This document shows positions 47,964-57,465 of a stretch of DNA of 64,000 bases, in pieces. The stretch is taken from assembly GCA_040753215.1 (NCBI GenBank), contig JBFMEZ010000029.1, forward strand, positions 1 through 64,000. Reading direction: 5' to 3'. Both the position numbers and the translations under genes were made by a program. Source of the stretch: Candidatus Micrarchaeota archaeon (lineage in GTDB: Archaea > Micrarchaeota > Micrarchaeia > Anstonellales > Bilamarchaeaceae). The notes under the pieces are model-generated. The model was not told the origin of the DNA. It worked only from the letters and a program-made list of their open reading frames with translations, and did not search any database. The number at the start of each line of letters is the position of its first letter. Within the stretch, counting starts at the first letter, position 1.

Positions 47964-48716
47964 ATGGGAAAGAAACTCAAGCAGCAGAAGAGGGGGAAGG
48001 GCTCCCCGAGGTACCTCGCCCCCGGCAACAGGTACAAGGCGGACCTCCTCTACCGCGATTACGACGATGTGGAGAAGACCAGCGTCCTGAAGGGCCAGGT
48101 GATGGAATTCGTTGACGACCCTTCCCGCGGCGCCCTGCTCATGCACGTAAGGTACGACAACGGGGAAGACGGCTTCCTGCTCGCCCCGGAGGGAATCTGC
48201 CTCCACGACGGCGTGGAGATAGGCGCGCAGGCATCCCTTGCCATAGGGAACGTCCTCCCGCTCTACCGCATACCCGACGGCTCATACGTATTCAACATAG
48301 AGCTCAGCCCCGGGGACGGCGGAAAGCTCGTCCGCACGCCCGGCTCCTACGCGGTCCTCGTTTCAAAGGAGGGCCCCCGCGCCTTCGTGAAGCTCCCGTC
48401 CAGGAAAGTGGTCGCCCTCTCCTCCGATTCCCGCGCCCAGGTCGGCGTGGTCTCCGGCGGGGGCCGCTCCGAGAAGCCCATGCTGAGGGCAGGCGTCCAG
48501 TATTACAAGAAAAAGGCGCAGAACCGGCTCTGGCCCGTGCCCAGGGGCGTGCACCAGTCGGCTTACAACCACCCGCACGGCGGGAAGCAGCACCACGAGG
48601 GCAAGCCCACCACCGTTTCGAGGGGTGCGCCGCCCGGAAGCAAGGTGGGGCACATCGCAGCCCGCATGACGGGAAGGAAGAAGGCCAGGAAGGCAGAAGA
48701 AACGGGTGAATCATAA
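47964..48716 (+). CDS. rpl2: 50S ribosomal protein L2
   Basis: MGKKLKQQKRGKG, PGDGGKL, HPHGG. Confidence 0.97.
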   Translation: MGKKLKQQKRGKGSPRYLAPGNRYKADLLYRDYDDVEKTSVLKGQVMEFVDDPSRGALLMHVRYDNGEDGFLLAPEGICLHDGVEIGAQASLAIGNVLPLYRIPDGSYVFNIELSPGDGGKLVRTPGSYAVLVSKEGPRAFVKLPSRKVVALSSDSRAQVGVVSGGGRSEKPMLRAGVQYYKKKAQNRLWPVPRGVHQSAYNHPHGGKQHHEGKPTTVSRGAPPGSKVGHIAARMTGRKKARKAEETGES

Positions 48717-49117
48717 TGGCAAGAAAGGAACTATTCCGGGGCTATGAGGAAGAGCAGATGCGCGACATGGCTGTGGAGAATTTCCTCCCGCTGCTCACCT
48801 CCCGCGAGAGGAGGACCTTGAAGCGGATAAACCAGAACCCCGCGTACAAGAAGCTGGTGGACAAGGTGAGGAAGCTGAAGAAGGAGGGGAAGCTTTCAAA
48901 GCCGGTAAAGACCCAGGTCCGCGAAGCGGTCATCCTCCCTGAATGGCTCGGCCTCCGCTTCGCAGTCCATAACGGGAAGGAATACAAGCCCGTCCAGATC
49001 ACGCTCCACTCCCTCGGGAAGAGGCTCGGCGATTTCGCCCACTCCTCTTACAGGGTGCTGCACTCCGGGCCCGGGGTGGGAGCCACGAGGGGAAGCAAAT
49101 TCGTGCCGCTGAAGTGA
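48716..49117 (+). CDS. rps19: 30S ribosomal protein S19
   Basis: VHNGKEY, GVGATRGSKFVPLK. Confidence 0.96.
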   Translation: MARKELFRGYEEEQMRDMAVENFLPLLTSRERRTLKRINQNPAYKKLVDKVRKLKKEGKLSKPVKTQVREAVILPEWLGLRFAVHNGKEYKPVQITLHSLGKRLGDFAHSSYRVLHSGPGVGATRGSKFVPLK

Positions 49118-49803
49118 TGGATATGTATTCGTATGTCATAGAGAAAGGGAAGGAGGGCGATTTCGCCCGTGCCCGCGTGGAAGGGGCAGACGTATCAGTA
49201 AAAGACCTGGTTGAGGTGTGCGGCAGCATACGCCGCAGGCCCGCGGGCCAGGCCCTCCGCTTCCTGGAGGAAGCCGCGGAAGGAAGGCGGCCCGTCCTCT
49301 TCCGCTCCAGCAACAAGCGGCTCGGCCACAGGCGCGAGCTCGGCGGGAAGAAGGGCAGGTACCCGCGGAAGCCCGCCCGCATACTCCTCGGCGCGCTCCG
49401 CAGCGCCCTCGCCAACGCGCAGCAGAAAGGGCTCAGCGAGGAGCTGGTAGTCGCGCACGTGTGCGCAAACAAGAAGCTCTCTTACATGCGCTATTCTCCG
49501 AAGGGGAGGCGCAACGTCTCCAAGCTCGTAACCGCGCGCGTCGAGATAGTCCTTAAGGAAAAGGAGGGCGCGAAGAGGCCGAAGAAGGAAGCCGCGAAAG
49601 CCCCTGCAAAGGGGGAGAAGCCCGAAGCGCCCAAAGAGGCACTGAAGAAGGAAGAGGCAAAGAAGGAGCAGGAAGCGCTTAAGGCGGAGGTAAAAGCCGA
49701 GGATGCCGAGCTCGAGGAGAAGCGGGAGGAGAAGGCCGCAAGGCACCCCAGGGAGGAGAAATCCCTGCCCGGGAGAGGGGCCCCGCAGCAGCAGAGGAAG
49801 TGA
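49117..49803 (+). CDS. rpl22: 50S ribosomal protein L22 with charged C-terminal extension
   Basis: GRYPRKPA, ANAQQKGL; synteny. Confidence 0.94.
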   Translation: MDMYSYVIEKGKEGDFARARVEGADVSVKDLVEVCGSIRRRPAGQALRFLEEAAEGRRPVLFRSSNKRLGHRRELGGKKGRYPRKPARILLGALRSALANAQQKGLSEELVVAHVCANKKLSYMRYSPKGRRNVSKLVTARVEIVLKEKEGAKRPKKEAAKAPAKGEKPEAPKEALKKEEAKKEQEALKAEVKAEDAELEEKREEKAARHPREEKSLPGRGAPQQQRK

Positions 49804-49807
49804 TGAG

Positions 49808-50437
49808 ATGGTGATAGAGAAGAAGTTCATAGATTCCCCGATTGAGAAATACCGGGTGATGAAGTTCCTGGAGAAGGAGCTGGACAAGGCGGGAGTCGCC
49901 AACATAGATATCCAGCGCACGCCCATCGTCACGCGCATCTCGATAGAGGTCCTGAACCCCGGAAGGGTGATCGGCCGCAAGGGAAAGACCATCAACACCC
50001 TCACCGAAACCCTCAGGACGAAATTCGGTCTCGAGAACCCGCAGATAAGCGTCGTGGAATCCAAGAACCCGGCGCTCGAGCCCCGCCTCGTCGCCAAGAA
50101 GGCTGCGAAATACATAGAGATGGGCAAGAAGGTGCGCGCGGTGCTCCACTTCCTCATCCACGACACAATCCGCAACGGCGCGGTCGGGGCGGAGATAGTG
50201 GCGGCAGGCAAGATAGGCGCAAAGGGCGCGCGTGCAAAATCCCTCCGCGTGGCGGTCGGCTACATACCCAAGTCCGGCGAGCCGGCAAAGCTCGTGAGGG
50301 AGGCGCACGTGGCGGCAAACACGAAATCCGGAATCATCGGCGTCCTGGTGAGGATTGCGCCGCCCGGGACGGTCTTCCCCGACAAGGGCGCGCCCACCGA
50401 AGTGGTCCTTCCCAAGACGCTTGCAAAAGCGAAGTGA
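49808..50437 (+). CDS. rps3: 30S ribosomal protein S3
   Basis: PGRVIGRKG KH motif, GAEIV..GKI. Confidence 0.96.
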   Translation: MVIEKKFIDSPIEKYRVMKFLEKELDKAGVANIDIQRTPIVTRISIEVLNPGRVIGRKGKTINTLTETLRTKFGLENPQISVVESKNPALEPRLVAKKAAKYIEMGKKVRAVLHFLIHDTIRNGAVGAEIVAAGKIGAKGARAKSLRVAVGYIPKSGEPAKLVREAHVAANTKSGIIGVLVRIAPPGTVFPDKGAPTEVVLPKTLAKAK

Positions 50438-50456
50438 TGCTCATGGCAATCGCAAG

Positions 50457-50550
50457 AAAAAACGCGGGGGAAGCGTCCCCCCCATTTTCCTCCACCTTTC
50501 TGACCCCCCTCCACTTCGCTTTGAGGCGCTTTGAACGCGCTCCTTACGCA
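50457..50550 (+). repeat. Family B element after an orphan rpl29 start (ATGGCAATCGCA at 50443-50454)
   Basis: Matches 32468-32559; the same 12 nt open rpl29 at 50576. Confidence 0.88.
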
Positions 50551-50575
50551 AGGGGCAACACAGGGGTGAACTGAA

Positions 50576-50830
50576 ATGGCAATCGCACGCATAAACGATT
50601 TGAGGGCGCTTGCGCCCGAAGAGCTTGCGAAGAGGCTCGAGACATACGGGCGCGAGATGCTCGAGGCGGGGGAGAACCCCAAGAAGGGGAAGAACCTCCG
50701 GAAGGCGATCGCCCGCATAAAGACCGTACTCAGCGAGGGCAAAATTGCCCCGGGGAAGGCGGCCGCAGGCACACAGAAGCCGCCATCCGTAAAAGAAGCA
50801 AAACAGAAGAAGGTGAGAAAAGTTGCCTGA
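50576..50830 (+). CDS. rpl29: 50S ribosomal protein L29
   Basis: NLRKAIARIKT; synteny. Confidence 0.92.
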   Translation: MAIARINDLRALAPEELAKRLETYGREMLEAGENPKKGKNLRKAIARIKTVLSEGKIAPGKAAAGTQKPPSVKEAKQKKVRKVA

Positions 50831-51128
50831 GATATGCAAGAAATGCGGAATGATCAAGGACCTCTGCGTTTGCGAGATCCTTGACAAGGAAAAAGCGACG
50901 AAGATAAGGGTGTACACGACAAAGGCGAAGTTCCAGAAGCTCGTCACCATTGTGGAAGGGATAGACCGCAAGAATGTCGACGATGCCGCGAAGGAGCTGA
51001 AGCACGCCCTCGCGTGCGGCGGGACCGCAAAGGACGGGCAGGTGGTGCTCCAGGGGGACCACAAGAAAAAGATAAAGGCCGTCCTCGTGAAGCTCGGATA
51101 CTCCCCCGAAGGAATAGAGGTTGAATGA
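50823..51128 (+). CDS. sui1: Translation initiation factor aIF1/SUI1 (TTG start)
   Basis: CKKCG..KDLCVC, LACGGTAK, LQGDH. Confidence 0.94.
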   Translation: MPEICKKCGMIKDLCVCEILDKEKATKIRVYTTKAKFQKLVTIVEGIDRKNVDDAAKELKHALACGGTAKDGQVVLQGDHKKKIKAVLVKLGYSPEGIEVE

Positions 51129-51139
51129 AGGTGGTTTGA

Positions 51140-51439
51140 TTGGCAGAATGCACGGACAGGAATTGCCATGTTCACGGAACGCTTGCGGTGCGTGGCGCCC
51201 GCCTCACCGGCAGGGTCGTCAGCGACAAGGGCAAGCGCACCGTAATCGTGGAGAGGGACATAACGAAGAAAATCACCAAATACAAGAGGTGGGCGCGGGG
51301 AAGGTCCCGGATACCGGCGCACAACCCTGACTGCATAGGCGCAAGGAAGGGCGACATGGTCCGCATAGGGGAGTCCCGCAAGATAAGCCGCACCAAGGCA
51401 TGGGCGGTCCTTGAGGTCCTGAAGGGTGAGGAGAAATGA
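51140..51439 (+). CDS. rps17: 30S ribosomal protein S17
   Basis: CTDRNCHVHG, AHNPDC, GESRKISRTK. Confidence 0.96.
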   Translation: MAECTDRNCHVHGTLAVRGARLTGRVVSDKGKRTVIVERDITKKITKYKRWARGRSRIPAHNPDCIGARKGDMVRIGESRKISRTKAWAVLEVLKGEEK

Positions 51440-51488
51440 TGGCAAAATTCTGCGGAATTTTGACAGAATTTTCACCAGAGGTGAAAAT

Positions 51489-51887
51489 ATGAAGGCGCTC
51501 GCTGCAAACGTAACAAGGGGGCTCAGCATCGGCACGAGGCTCCTCTGCCACGACAACAGCGGCGCGCGGGAGCTCCAGATAATCGGCGTGCTGCGCGCCG
51601 GCTCGGTGCGCGGCAGGGTTCCTTCCGCTGGCGTGGGCAGCGTGGTAATCGCCGCCGTGAAGAAGGGCAACCCCGACATGGTGAAGAAGGTGGTGCGCGC
51701 GCTCATAATCAGGCAGAAGAAGGAATTCCGCAGGCCGAGCGGGCTGCGCGTCTCGTTCGAGGACAACGCCGCCGTCCTCATCACCGAGGAAGGCCTCCCG
51801 GTCGGCACCGAGATAAAGGGGGTGGTGGCCAAGGAGGTCGCGGAGCGGTTTTCCAAGGTGGCGGCAATCGCCCCCGGCGTAATCTGA
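51489..51887 (+). CDS. rpl14: 50S ribosomal protein L14
   Basis: DNSGA, RQKKEFRR, FEDNAAV. Confidence 0.97.
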   Translation: MKALAANVTRGLSIGTRLLCHDNSGARELQIIGVLRAGSVRGRVPSAGVGSVVIAAVKKGNPDMVKKVVRALIIRQKKEFRRPSGLRVSFEDNAAVLITEEGLPVGTEIKGVVAKEVAERFSKVAAIAPGVI

Positions 51888-51890
51888 GGG

Positions 51891-52238
51891 ATGCTTATGA
51901 AGAGAAGAAGGGAGAGGAGAAAGGCTTTCCGCGGGATGCTGCACAGGAGGAAGCTCCGTGTGCACCTTTCCGGGGAGCTGAAGGGAAAGCTCGGCACCGG
52001 CATGCGCTCCCTGCTCGTGAACAAGGGAGACACCGTGAAGGTGATGCGCGGCGGCAGCAAGGGAAAGGCCGCCAGGGTCGCCCGCGTCAGCGTCCTGAAG
52101 AGGAAGGTTTACCTCGAGGGGCTGACCGTGCGCAACCGCAGGGGGGTGGAATCCCTCATCCCCTTCGACCCGTCCAACCTCATGCTCACGGAGCTGAAGG
52201 AATCGGCATACAGGAAAGGGCTTCTTAAAGGTGAATGA
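51891..52238 (+). CDS. rpl24: 50S ribosomal protein L24
   Basis: KGDTVKVMRG KOW motif, PSNL. Confidence 0.94.
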   Translation: MLMKRRRERRKAFRGMLHRRKLRVHLSGELKGKLGTGMRSLLVNKGDTVKVMRGGSKGKAARVARVSVLKRKVYLEGLTVRNRRGVESLIPFDPSNLMLTELKESAYRKGLLKGE

Positions 52239-52239
52239 A

Positions 52240-52941
52240 ATGGCAAAGAGAGGAAGAAGCAACCACATGAAAAGGCTCGCGGCACCGAAGGCGATCCCTG
52301 TCCACGACAGGAAAGCCCGCAAATGGATAGCAAGGCCCGTCCCGGGCCCGCACGGCACCTCGCACGCAATCCCGCTCTCGGTCCTGGTCAGGGACGTGCT
52401 CGGCCTCGCGGACACCCTTTTCGAGGTGAAGAAGGTACTCAATGCGCGCAGGGTCCTTGTGGACGGCATAGCCCGCACCGAGCCGAACTACCCGGTCGGG
52501 CTCATGGATGTTGTCTCAATCCCCGACGCAAAGCTTTATTACCGCATCACAATCTCCCGCGGAAAGCTGGAGCCGCACAAGATCGATGAGAAGGATTCCC
52601 ACGATAAGCTTCTGAAGGTGGTGGGCAAGCACACCGCCCCCGGCAGCAGGGCATCGGTCGTCTTCCACGACGGCCGCAGCGCGTCCGCGGACCAGCACGT
52701 AAAGGTCGGCGACTCCGTGCTCTTTTCCCTGAAGGAGAAGAAAATCCTTAAGCTACTGAAGCGCGGCATACGCGCAAAGTGCCTCATCGTCAGCGGAAAA
52801 CACGCGGGCGCCGAGGCGAAGATAGAGAAATTCTTCGAGGGGAAGGAGGGCAAGCCCACCGAAGCCCTTGTGAGGGCGAAGGAAGGGGAAATCCGCACGC
52901 TTTCCAGCTACCTCTTCATAACAGGTGAGGCCAATGAGTAA
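52240..52941 (+). CDS. rps4e: 30S ribosomal protein S4e
   Basis: HMKRLAAP, PGPH, PVGLMDV. Confidence 0.96.
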   Translation: MAKRGRSNHMKRLAAPKAIPVHDRKARKWIARPVPGPHGTSHAIPLSVLVRDVLGLADTLFEVKKVLNARRVLVDGIARTEPNYPVGLMDVVSIPDAKLYYRITISRGKLEPHKIDEKDSHDKLLKVVGKHTAPGSRASVVFHDGRSASADQHVKVGDSVLFSLKEKKILKLLKRGIRAKCLIVSGKHAGAEAKIEKFFEGKEGKPTEALVRAKEGEIRTLSSYLFITGEANE

Positions 52942-53503
52942 GTCCCCAGTTTCCAGTCACCAGTTTCCGGAAACGGGAAACCCAAAACAGGAAACAGAAA
53001 ACCCGATGCGCCAGATAACGATAGAAAAGGTCACCGCGAACATAGGGATAGGCGCAAGCGGGGACCGCCTGGACAACGCGAAGGAACTCCTTTCCAAGCT
53101 CACCGGCGCAAAAGTGGTCCTCACAAAAGCCAAGAAGAGGAACCCGACCTTCAAGCTCAGGCCCGGCCTTGAGATAGGCGTGAAAACAACCCTGCGCGGC
53201 GCCAGGGCCTTCGAGTTCCTCGAGAAATCCCTCGCGGCCAGGAAGAAGACCCTGCATGCGGGCAATTTCGACCACCGCGGCAACTTCTCGTTCGGCGTGC
53301 ACGAGTACATAGATTTTCCGGGCGCGAAATACGACCCGAAGATAGGCATGATGGGCTTCGACGTATGCGTCACGCTCAGGAGGCGCGGAAAGCGCGTCGG
53401 GGAAAGGCGCCTCAAGCGCTCAAAGGTCGGCAGGCACCACCTGGTCTCCAAGGAGGAGGGAATCGGGTTCGCGAGGGCCGCGCTCGGCGTGAAGGTGGAG
53501 TGA
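52934..53503 (+). CDS. rpl5: 50S ribosomal protein L5; N-terminus encoded by heptamer repeats
   Basis: NPMR...KVTANIG, GNFSFG, YDPKIG. Confidence 0.96.
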   Translation: MSKSPVSSHQFPETGNPKQETENPMRQITIEKVTANIGIGASGDRLDNAKELLSKLTGAKVVLTKAKKRNPTFKLRPGLEIGVKTTLRGARAFEFLEKSLAARKKTLHAGNFDHRGNFSFGVHEYIDFPGAKYDPKIGMMGFDVCVTLRRRGKRVGERRLKRSKVGRHHLVSKEEGIGFARAALGVKVE

Positions 53504-53507
53504 TTTG

Positions 53508-53660
53508 ATGGTTTCTCTCGATCAAAAATACAAGGGAAGGCGAAAGAGGAAGTGCAGGTTCTGCGGGTCCTCCCGCGCCCTGATAAGGAAATACGGGCTC
53601 CAGATATGCAGGAGATGCTTCCGCGAGGCGGGAGAGTCCATAGGGTTCAGGAAATACTGA
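53508..53660 (+). CDS. rps14: 30S ribosomal protein S14 (zinc type)
   Basis: Manually translated: CRFCG...IRKYGLQICRRCFRE...GFRKY. Confidence 0.95.
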   Translation: MVSLDQKYKGRRKRKCRFCGSSRALIRKYGLQICRRCFREAGESIGFRKY

Positions 53661-53669
53661 GGTGTATGA

Positions 53670-54056
53670 ATGTCAATAGACCTTTTGGCAGATGCGCTCA
53701 ACACGCTGAAAACCCACGAGATCAAGGGCGAGGAAAGGTGCGAGGTGCGCGCTTCCAGGACAGTCTCCGAGGTGTTCCGCATCCTCCGGGAAAAGGGCTA
53801 CATCGCGTCCTACGAGTTCATAGACGACGGGAAGGGCGGCTATTTCGACGTGAAGCTCTCGGGCACGATAAACGACTGCGGCGTGATAAAGCCCCGCTTC
53901 CCGGTCAAGAAGAGCGAATGGGCGAAGCTTGAGGAGAGGTACATCCCCGGGGTGGGCGTAGGCCTGCTCGTGGTCTCCACGCCCCAGGGAATAATGACCA
54001 ACACGGACGCCCAGGAGAGGCAGATAGGCGGAAGGCTGCTTGCCTTCGTATATTAG
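53670..54056 (+). CDS. rps8: 30S ribosomal protein S8
   Basis: DLLADAL, CGVIKPRF, STPQG, GGRLLAFVY. Confidence 0.97.
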   Translation: MSIDLLADALNTLKTHEIKGEERCEVRASRTVSEVFRILREKGYIASYEFIDDGKGGYFDVKLSGTINDCGVIKPRFPVKKSEWAKLEERYIPGVGVGLLVVSTPQGIMTNTDAQERQIGGRLLAFVY

Positions 54057-54065
54057 GTGCTGGCC

Positions 54066-54563
54066 ATGATTGAGTTGCAAATCCCGGAAGGAGTGCAGTT
54101 CTCCGTTGAGGGCGGGCTTGCCAGGGCAAAGGGGAAGATGGGCGAGGTCGAGAGGGAATTCCGCGGCTCCCCGGTATCCATAGTGCACGAGGGGAAGGCG
54201 GTGAAGGTCTCTTCGCAGGACAGTGCGGTTGAGGGAACGGTCGCCTCCCACATAAGTAACATGTTCCACGGGGTGCTCAGCGGGTTCGAGAAGAGGATGG
54301 TCATCCGCTTTGCGCACTTCCCCGTCAGCGTGGAAACGAAGGGCCAGGACCTCCTCATAAAAAATTTCCTCGGCGAGAAGAAGCCCCGCAGGGCGAAGCT
54401 CGTCGGGAAGGTGAAGGTCGAGGTGAAGGGCCAGGACATGAGGATAACCGGCCCGGACAAGGAGGCAGTAGGCCAGTCCGCGGCGAACATACGCACCGCC
54501 ACGCGCATACGCGAGAAGGACGGCCGCGTCTTCCAGGACGGCATATTCATGGCAGGTGAATAA
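54066..54563 (+). CDS. rpl6: 50S ribosomal protein L6
   Basis: AHFP, NFLGEK, DGRVFQDGI. Confidence 0.96.
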   Translation: MIELQIPEGVQFSVEGGLARAKGKMGEVEREFRGSPVSIVHEGKAVKVSSQDSAVEGTVASHISNMFHGVLSGFEKRMVIRFAHFPVSVETKGQDLLIKNFLGEKKPRRAKLVGKVKVEVKGQDMRITGPDKEAVGQSAANIRTATRIREKDGRVFQDGIFMAGE

Positions 54564-54564
54564 A

Positions 54565-54918
54565 ATGGCATCCAAAAAGTCCAAACCATATTTCAATATT
54601 CCCAATTACCGTGGAAAGCACGGGAAGAGGAGGGTAAAGGCAAGATGGAGGAGCCCCAAGGGCATCGACAACAAGAAAAGGATACGCAAGGCGTCCTACG
54701 GCGCGCTACCGCGCGTGGGCTACGGCAACCCGCCCGCCCTCAGGCATCTGCACCCCTGCGGCCTTCCCGAGGCCCTCGTCCACAACCTGGGCGAGCTTGA
54801 GGCCGCAAAGGGAAAAATCGCCCGCCTCTCCTCCACGCTCGGCAGGAGGAAGAGGCTGCTGCTCCAGCAGAAGGCAAAGGAGCTCGGAATATCCCTCCTT
54901 GGGAGGGTGGTCAAATGA
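54565..54918 (+). CDS. rpl32e: 50S ribosomal protein L32e
   Basis: WRSPKGIDNK, VGYG, HPCG. Confidence 0.95.
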   Translation: MASKKSKPYFNIPNYRGKHGKRRVKARWRSPKGIDNKKRIRKASYGALPRVGYGNPPALRHLHPCGLPEALVHNLGELEAAKGKIARLSSTLGRRKRLLLQQKAKELGISLLGRVVK

Positions 54919-55352
54919 GCGCAACTACCGTAAAAAGGCTTGCATCGGACATCCTGGGCGCAGGCATCAGCAGGATAAGGCTGCAGAAGGAGAGCCTCTC
55001 CAGGGTTGAGGAGGCGCTGACACGCGCGGACGTGCGCAACCTCATAGACGAGGGCATAGTCTATGCGCTGCCCGAGAGGGCCGGCCACCGCACGAGGGAG
55101 CGCCCCAAGAGCAGGCACGGCAGCCGCAAGGGGAGGAAGAAGGCGCGCGAGGGCGGAAAATCCGCCTGGATGGGCAGGGTGCGCGCCCAGCGCAGGTACC
55201 TCCGCGAGCTTCTCGGGAGCGGCGAGCTTCCGCGCCCGCACAAGCGCGCCGTCTATTCCAAGATAAAGGGCGGCGCGTTCAGGGGTAAGGCAGCAATGCG
55301 CGCCTACCTCATTGAGAACAAGATGCTGAAAGAGAAGGAAAAGGTGAAATGA
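54915..55352 (+). CDS. rpl19e: 50S ribosomal protein L19e
   Basis: KRLASDIL, GSRKG, WMGRVRAQR. Confidence 0.95.
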   Translation: MSATTVKRLASDILGAGISRIRLQKESLSRVEEALTRADVRNLIDEGIVYALPERAGHRTRERPKSRHGSRKGRKKAREGGKSAWMGRVRAQRRYLRELLGSGELPRPHKRAVYSKIKGGAFRGKAAMRAYLIENKMLKEKEKVK

Positions 55353-55930
55353 TGGCAAGAGCAAAAGGGCCCAGTTACGAATCCGCCTTCCGGAGAAGGC
55401 GCGAGAACAGGACAAACTTCGCAAAGAGGCTCGCGCTGGTGAAGGGCGGCCTTACCCGCATGGTCGTGAGGAAGGGAAGCACCTCGCTGGTCATCCAGTT
55501 CGTGGAATACACGCCATCCGGCGACAGGGTGCTCGCAGGCATAAGCTCCTCCGCGCTGAAGAAGTTCGGCTGGGCGCCGCGCGCGAACGTCCCCACCGCT
55601 TACCTCGCCGGGCTCCACGCGGGAAGGCTCGCAGGAAAGAAGGGGATAAAGGAGTTCGTGCTGGACATGGGGCTCGGCGCCCCCGTGAGGAATTCAATCC
55701 CGTTCGCCGCCCAGAAGGGCGCAATCGATTCCGGGCTCTCCAGCCCCCACGGCGAGGGGCTTGCGGAGGAAGCCCGCCTGTCCGGCGCACATATAGAAGA
55801 ATACGCAAAATCGCTTTCAGATGCGGAATACAAGAGGGTGTTCTCCAGCTACCTGAAGGAGGGCTTCGGGCCCAGGGAATTCGTTTCCCGCTTCAGGGCG
55901 GCAAAGGACGCGATCCTCGGGGAGGCATGA
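55349..55930 (+). CDS. rpl18: 50S ribosomal protein L18
   Basis: RRRRENRTN, NVPTAYLAG, KGAIDSGL. Confidence 0.95.
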   Translation: MMARAKGPSYESAFRRRRENRTNFAKRLALVKGGLTRMVVRKGSTSLVIQFVEYTPSGDRVLAGISSSALKKFGWAPRANVPTAYLAGLHAGRLAGKKGIKEFVLDMGLGAPVRNSIPFAAQKGAIDSGLSSPHGEGLAEEARLSGAHIEEYAKSLSDAEYKRVFSSYLKEGFGPREFVSRFRAAKDAILGEA

Positions 55931-55934
55931 TATT

Positions 55935-56603
55935 ATGGCAAAAGGAAGAAGGGGCGGCCCGCATAGGAAAGAGGAAGTCGAGCTGCTTGACACGGCGTCC
56001 TGGTCCCCACGCACGGGGCTGGGCAGGAAGGTGAAGGGCGGCGAGGTCTCCAGCATAGACCAGATACTTGACGAGGGGCTCGCGATACTCGAGCCGGAGA
56101 TAGTGGATTCCCTCGTTCCGGAGCTGGAGGCGGACACGCTTTCCATAAGCCCCACCCAGCGGACGACCGACTCCGGCCGCAAGATGCAGTTCCGCGCGGT
56201 GGTGGTCCTCGGCGACCGCAAGGGCCACGTAGGCGTGGGCGTGGGCAAATCCGAGGAGGTGAAGCCCGCCCTGGACTATGCGATGAAGGATGCGCGCAAG
56301 CACATGATACACCTGAAGCTCGGGTGCGGAAGCTGGGAATGCAAGTGCGGCCAGCCCCACTCCATCCCCCAGAAGCTGGAGGGGAAATACGGCAGCACCA
56401 TCATAACGCTGAAGCCGGCGCCCAAGGGCCTCGGCCTCGCGGCGAGCGACGTGGTCAAGAAGGTCCTCGGGATCGCGGGCCTCAGGGACGCCTGGAGCTC
56501 CGCGGAGGGCTCCACTTCCAATGTTTACAACACCGCCATGGCCACGGTGTCCGCGCTCGACTCCATAAACAGGAAGAAGCCAAAGCCAGGTGAGGTACAA
56601 TGA
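55935..56603 (+). CDS. rps5: 30S ribosomal protein S5
   Basis: W.PRTGLGR, GCGSWEC, PAPKGLG. Confidence 0.97.
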   Translation: MAKGRRGGPHRKEEVELLDTASWSPRTGLGRKVKGGEVSSIDQILDEGLAILEPEIVDSLVPELEADTLSISPTQRTTDSGRKMQFRAVVVLGDRKGHVGVGVGKSEEVKPALDYAMKDARKHMIHLKLGCGSWECKCGQPHSIPQKLEGKYGSTIITLKPAPKGLGLAASDVVKKVLGIAGLRDAWSSAEGSTSNVYNTAMATVSALDSINRKKPKPGEVQ

Positions 56604-57034
56604 CCCTTGCGATAATAAGGATAAGGGGGAGGCGCAACCTTTCCCCGAAGATAAGGAAGACGCTCGAGATGCTCAGCCTGCACCGCACGAACCAGTGCGT
56701 GCTGATGGAAGACACGCCCGCCCTGCGCGGGATGCTCCAGGTCTGCAAGGACTATGCCGCCTTCGGCCCGGTTTCCGGGCCCACCGTAATCTCCCTCATG
56801 AAGAAGAGGGGCGAGAAGGGCGGCAGGATGCTCTCCGAGATAATGGAGGCTGAGGAGATAGAGCAGGCCGCGGGCAAGGTGATGCACGGCGAGAGGGTGG
56901 ACAATTTCGCCGACCGCGTCTTCCGCCTGCACCCGCCGCGCAAGGGCTTCAGGGACATAAAGAAGCCAGCCAGCGCAGGCGGTGACCTGGGCTGGCGCGA
57001 CGACATGGATGCTCTCGTGAAGAGGATGATGTGA
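56600..57034 (+). CDS. rpl30: 50S ribosomal protein L30
   Basis: IRIRG, FRLHPPRKG, GDLGWR. Confidence 0.95.
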   Translation: MTLAIIRIRGRRNLSPKIRKTLEMLSLHRTNQCVLMEDTPALRGMLQVCKDYAAFGPVSGPTVISLMKKRGEKGGRMLSEIMEAEEIEQAAGKVMHGERVDNFADRVFRLHPPRKGFRDIKKPASAGGDLGWRDDMDALVKRMM

Positions 57035-57044
57035 AGGTGCTCAT

Positions 57045-57461
57045 ATGCCAAGAAGAAAGCAGAAGAGAAAAATCAGGATGAGGGGTTCCCGCTTCCACGG
57101 CTTCGGCAACGTAAAGAACAAGAGGGGCAAGGGATGCAGGGGAGGCGTGGGCCGCGCAGGCCTGCACAAGCACAAGTTCTCCTGGACCGCAAGGCACAAT
57201 CCTGACTACGGCCGCCTGATGGGCTTCGTCCCGCACGCACCCGGCCGCCGCCTCCCGGCCACCAACCTTTTCGAGATAAACACCCTTGCGGAGAAGGGCG
57301 GCCTCCAGCAGAAGGAGGGGAAGCTCCAGTTCGAATTCCGCGGAAAAATCCTCGGCGCCGGAGAGCTCCGCCACCCAATAGCCTTAAAAGCGCTCTCCTG
57401 GAGCAAGATAGCCGAGAGGAAGGTAAAGGAGGCAGGGGGAGAGCTTTCCAGGATTGAGTGA
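57045..57461 (+). CDS. rpl15: 50S ribosomal protein L15
   Basis: RGSRFHGFG, GGVGRAG, KILGAG. Confidence 0.95.
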   Translation: MPRRKQKRKIRMRGSRFHGFGNVKNKRGKGCRGGVGRAGLHKHKFSWTARHNPDYGRLMGFVPHAPGRRLPATNLFEINTLAEKGGLQQKEGKLQFEFRGKILGAGELRHPIALKALSWSKIAERKVKEAGGELSRIE

Positions 57462-57465
57462 ATAC

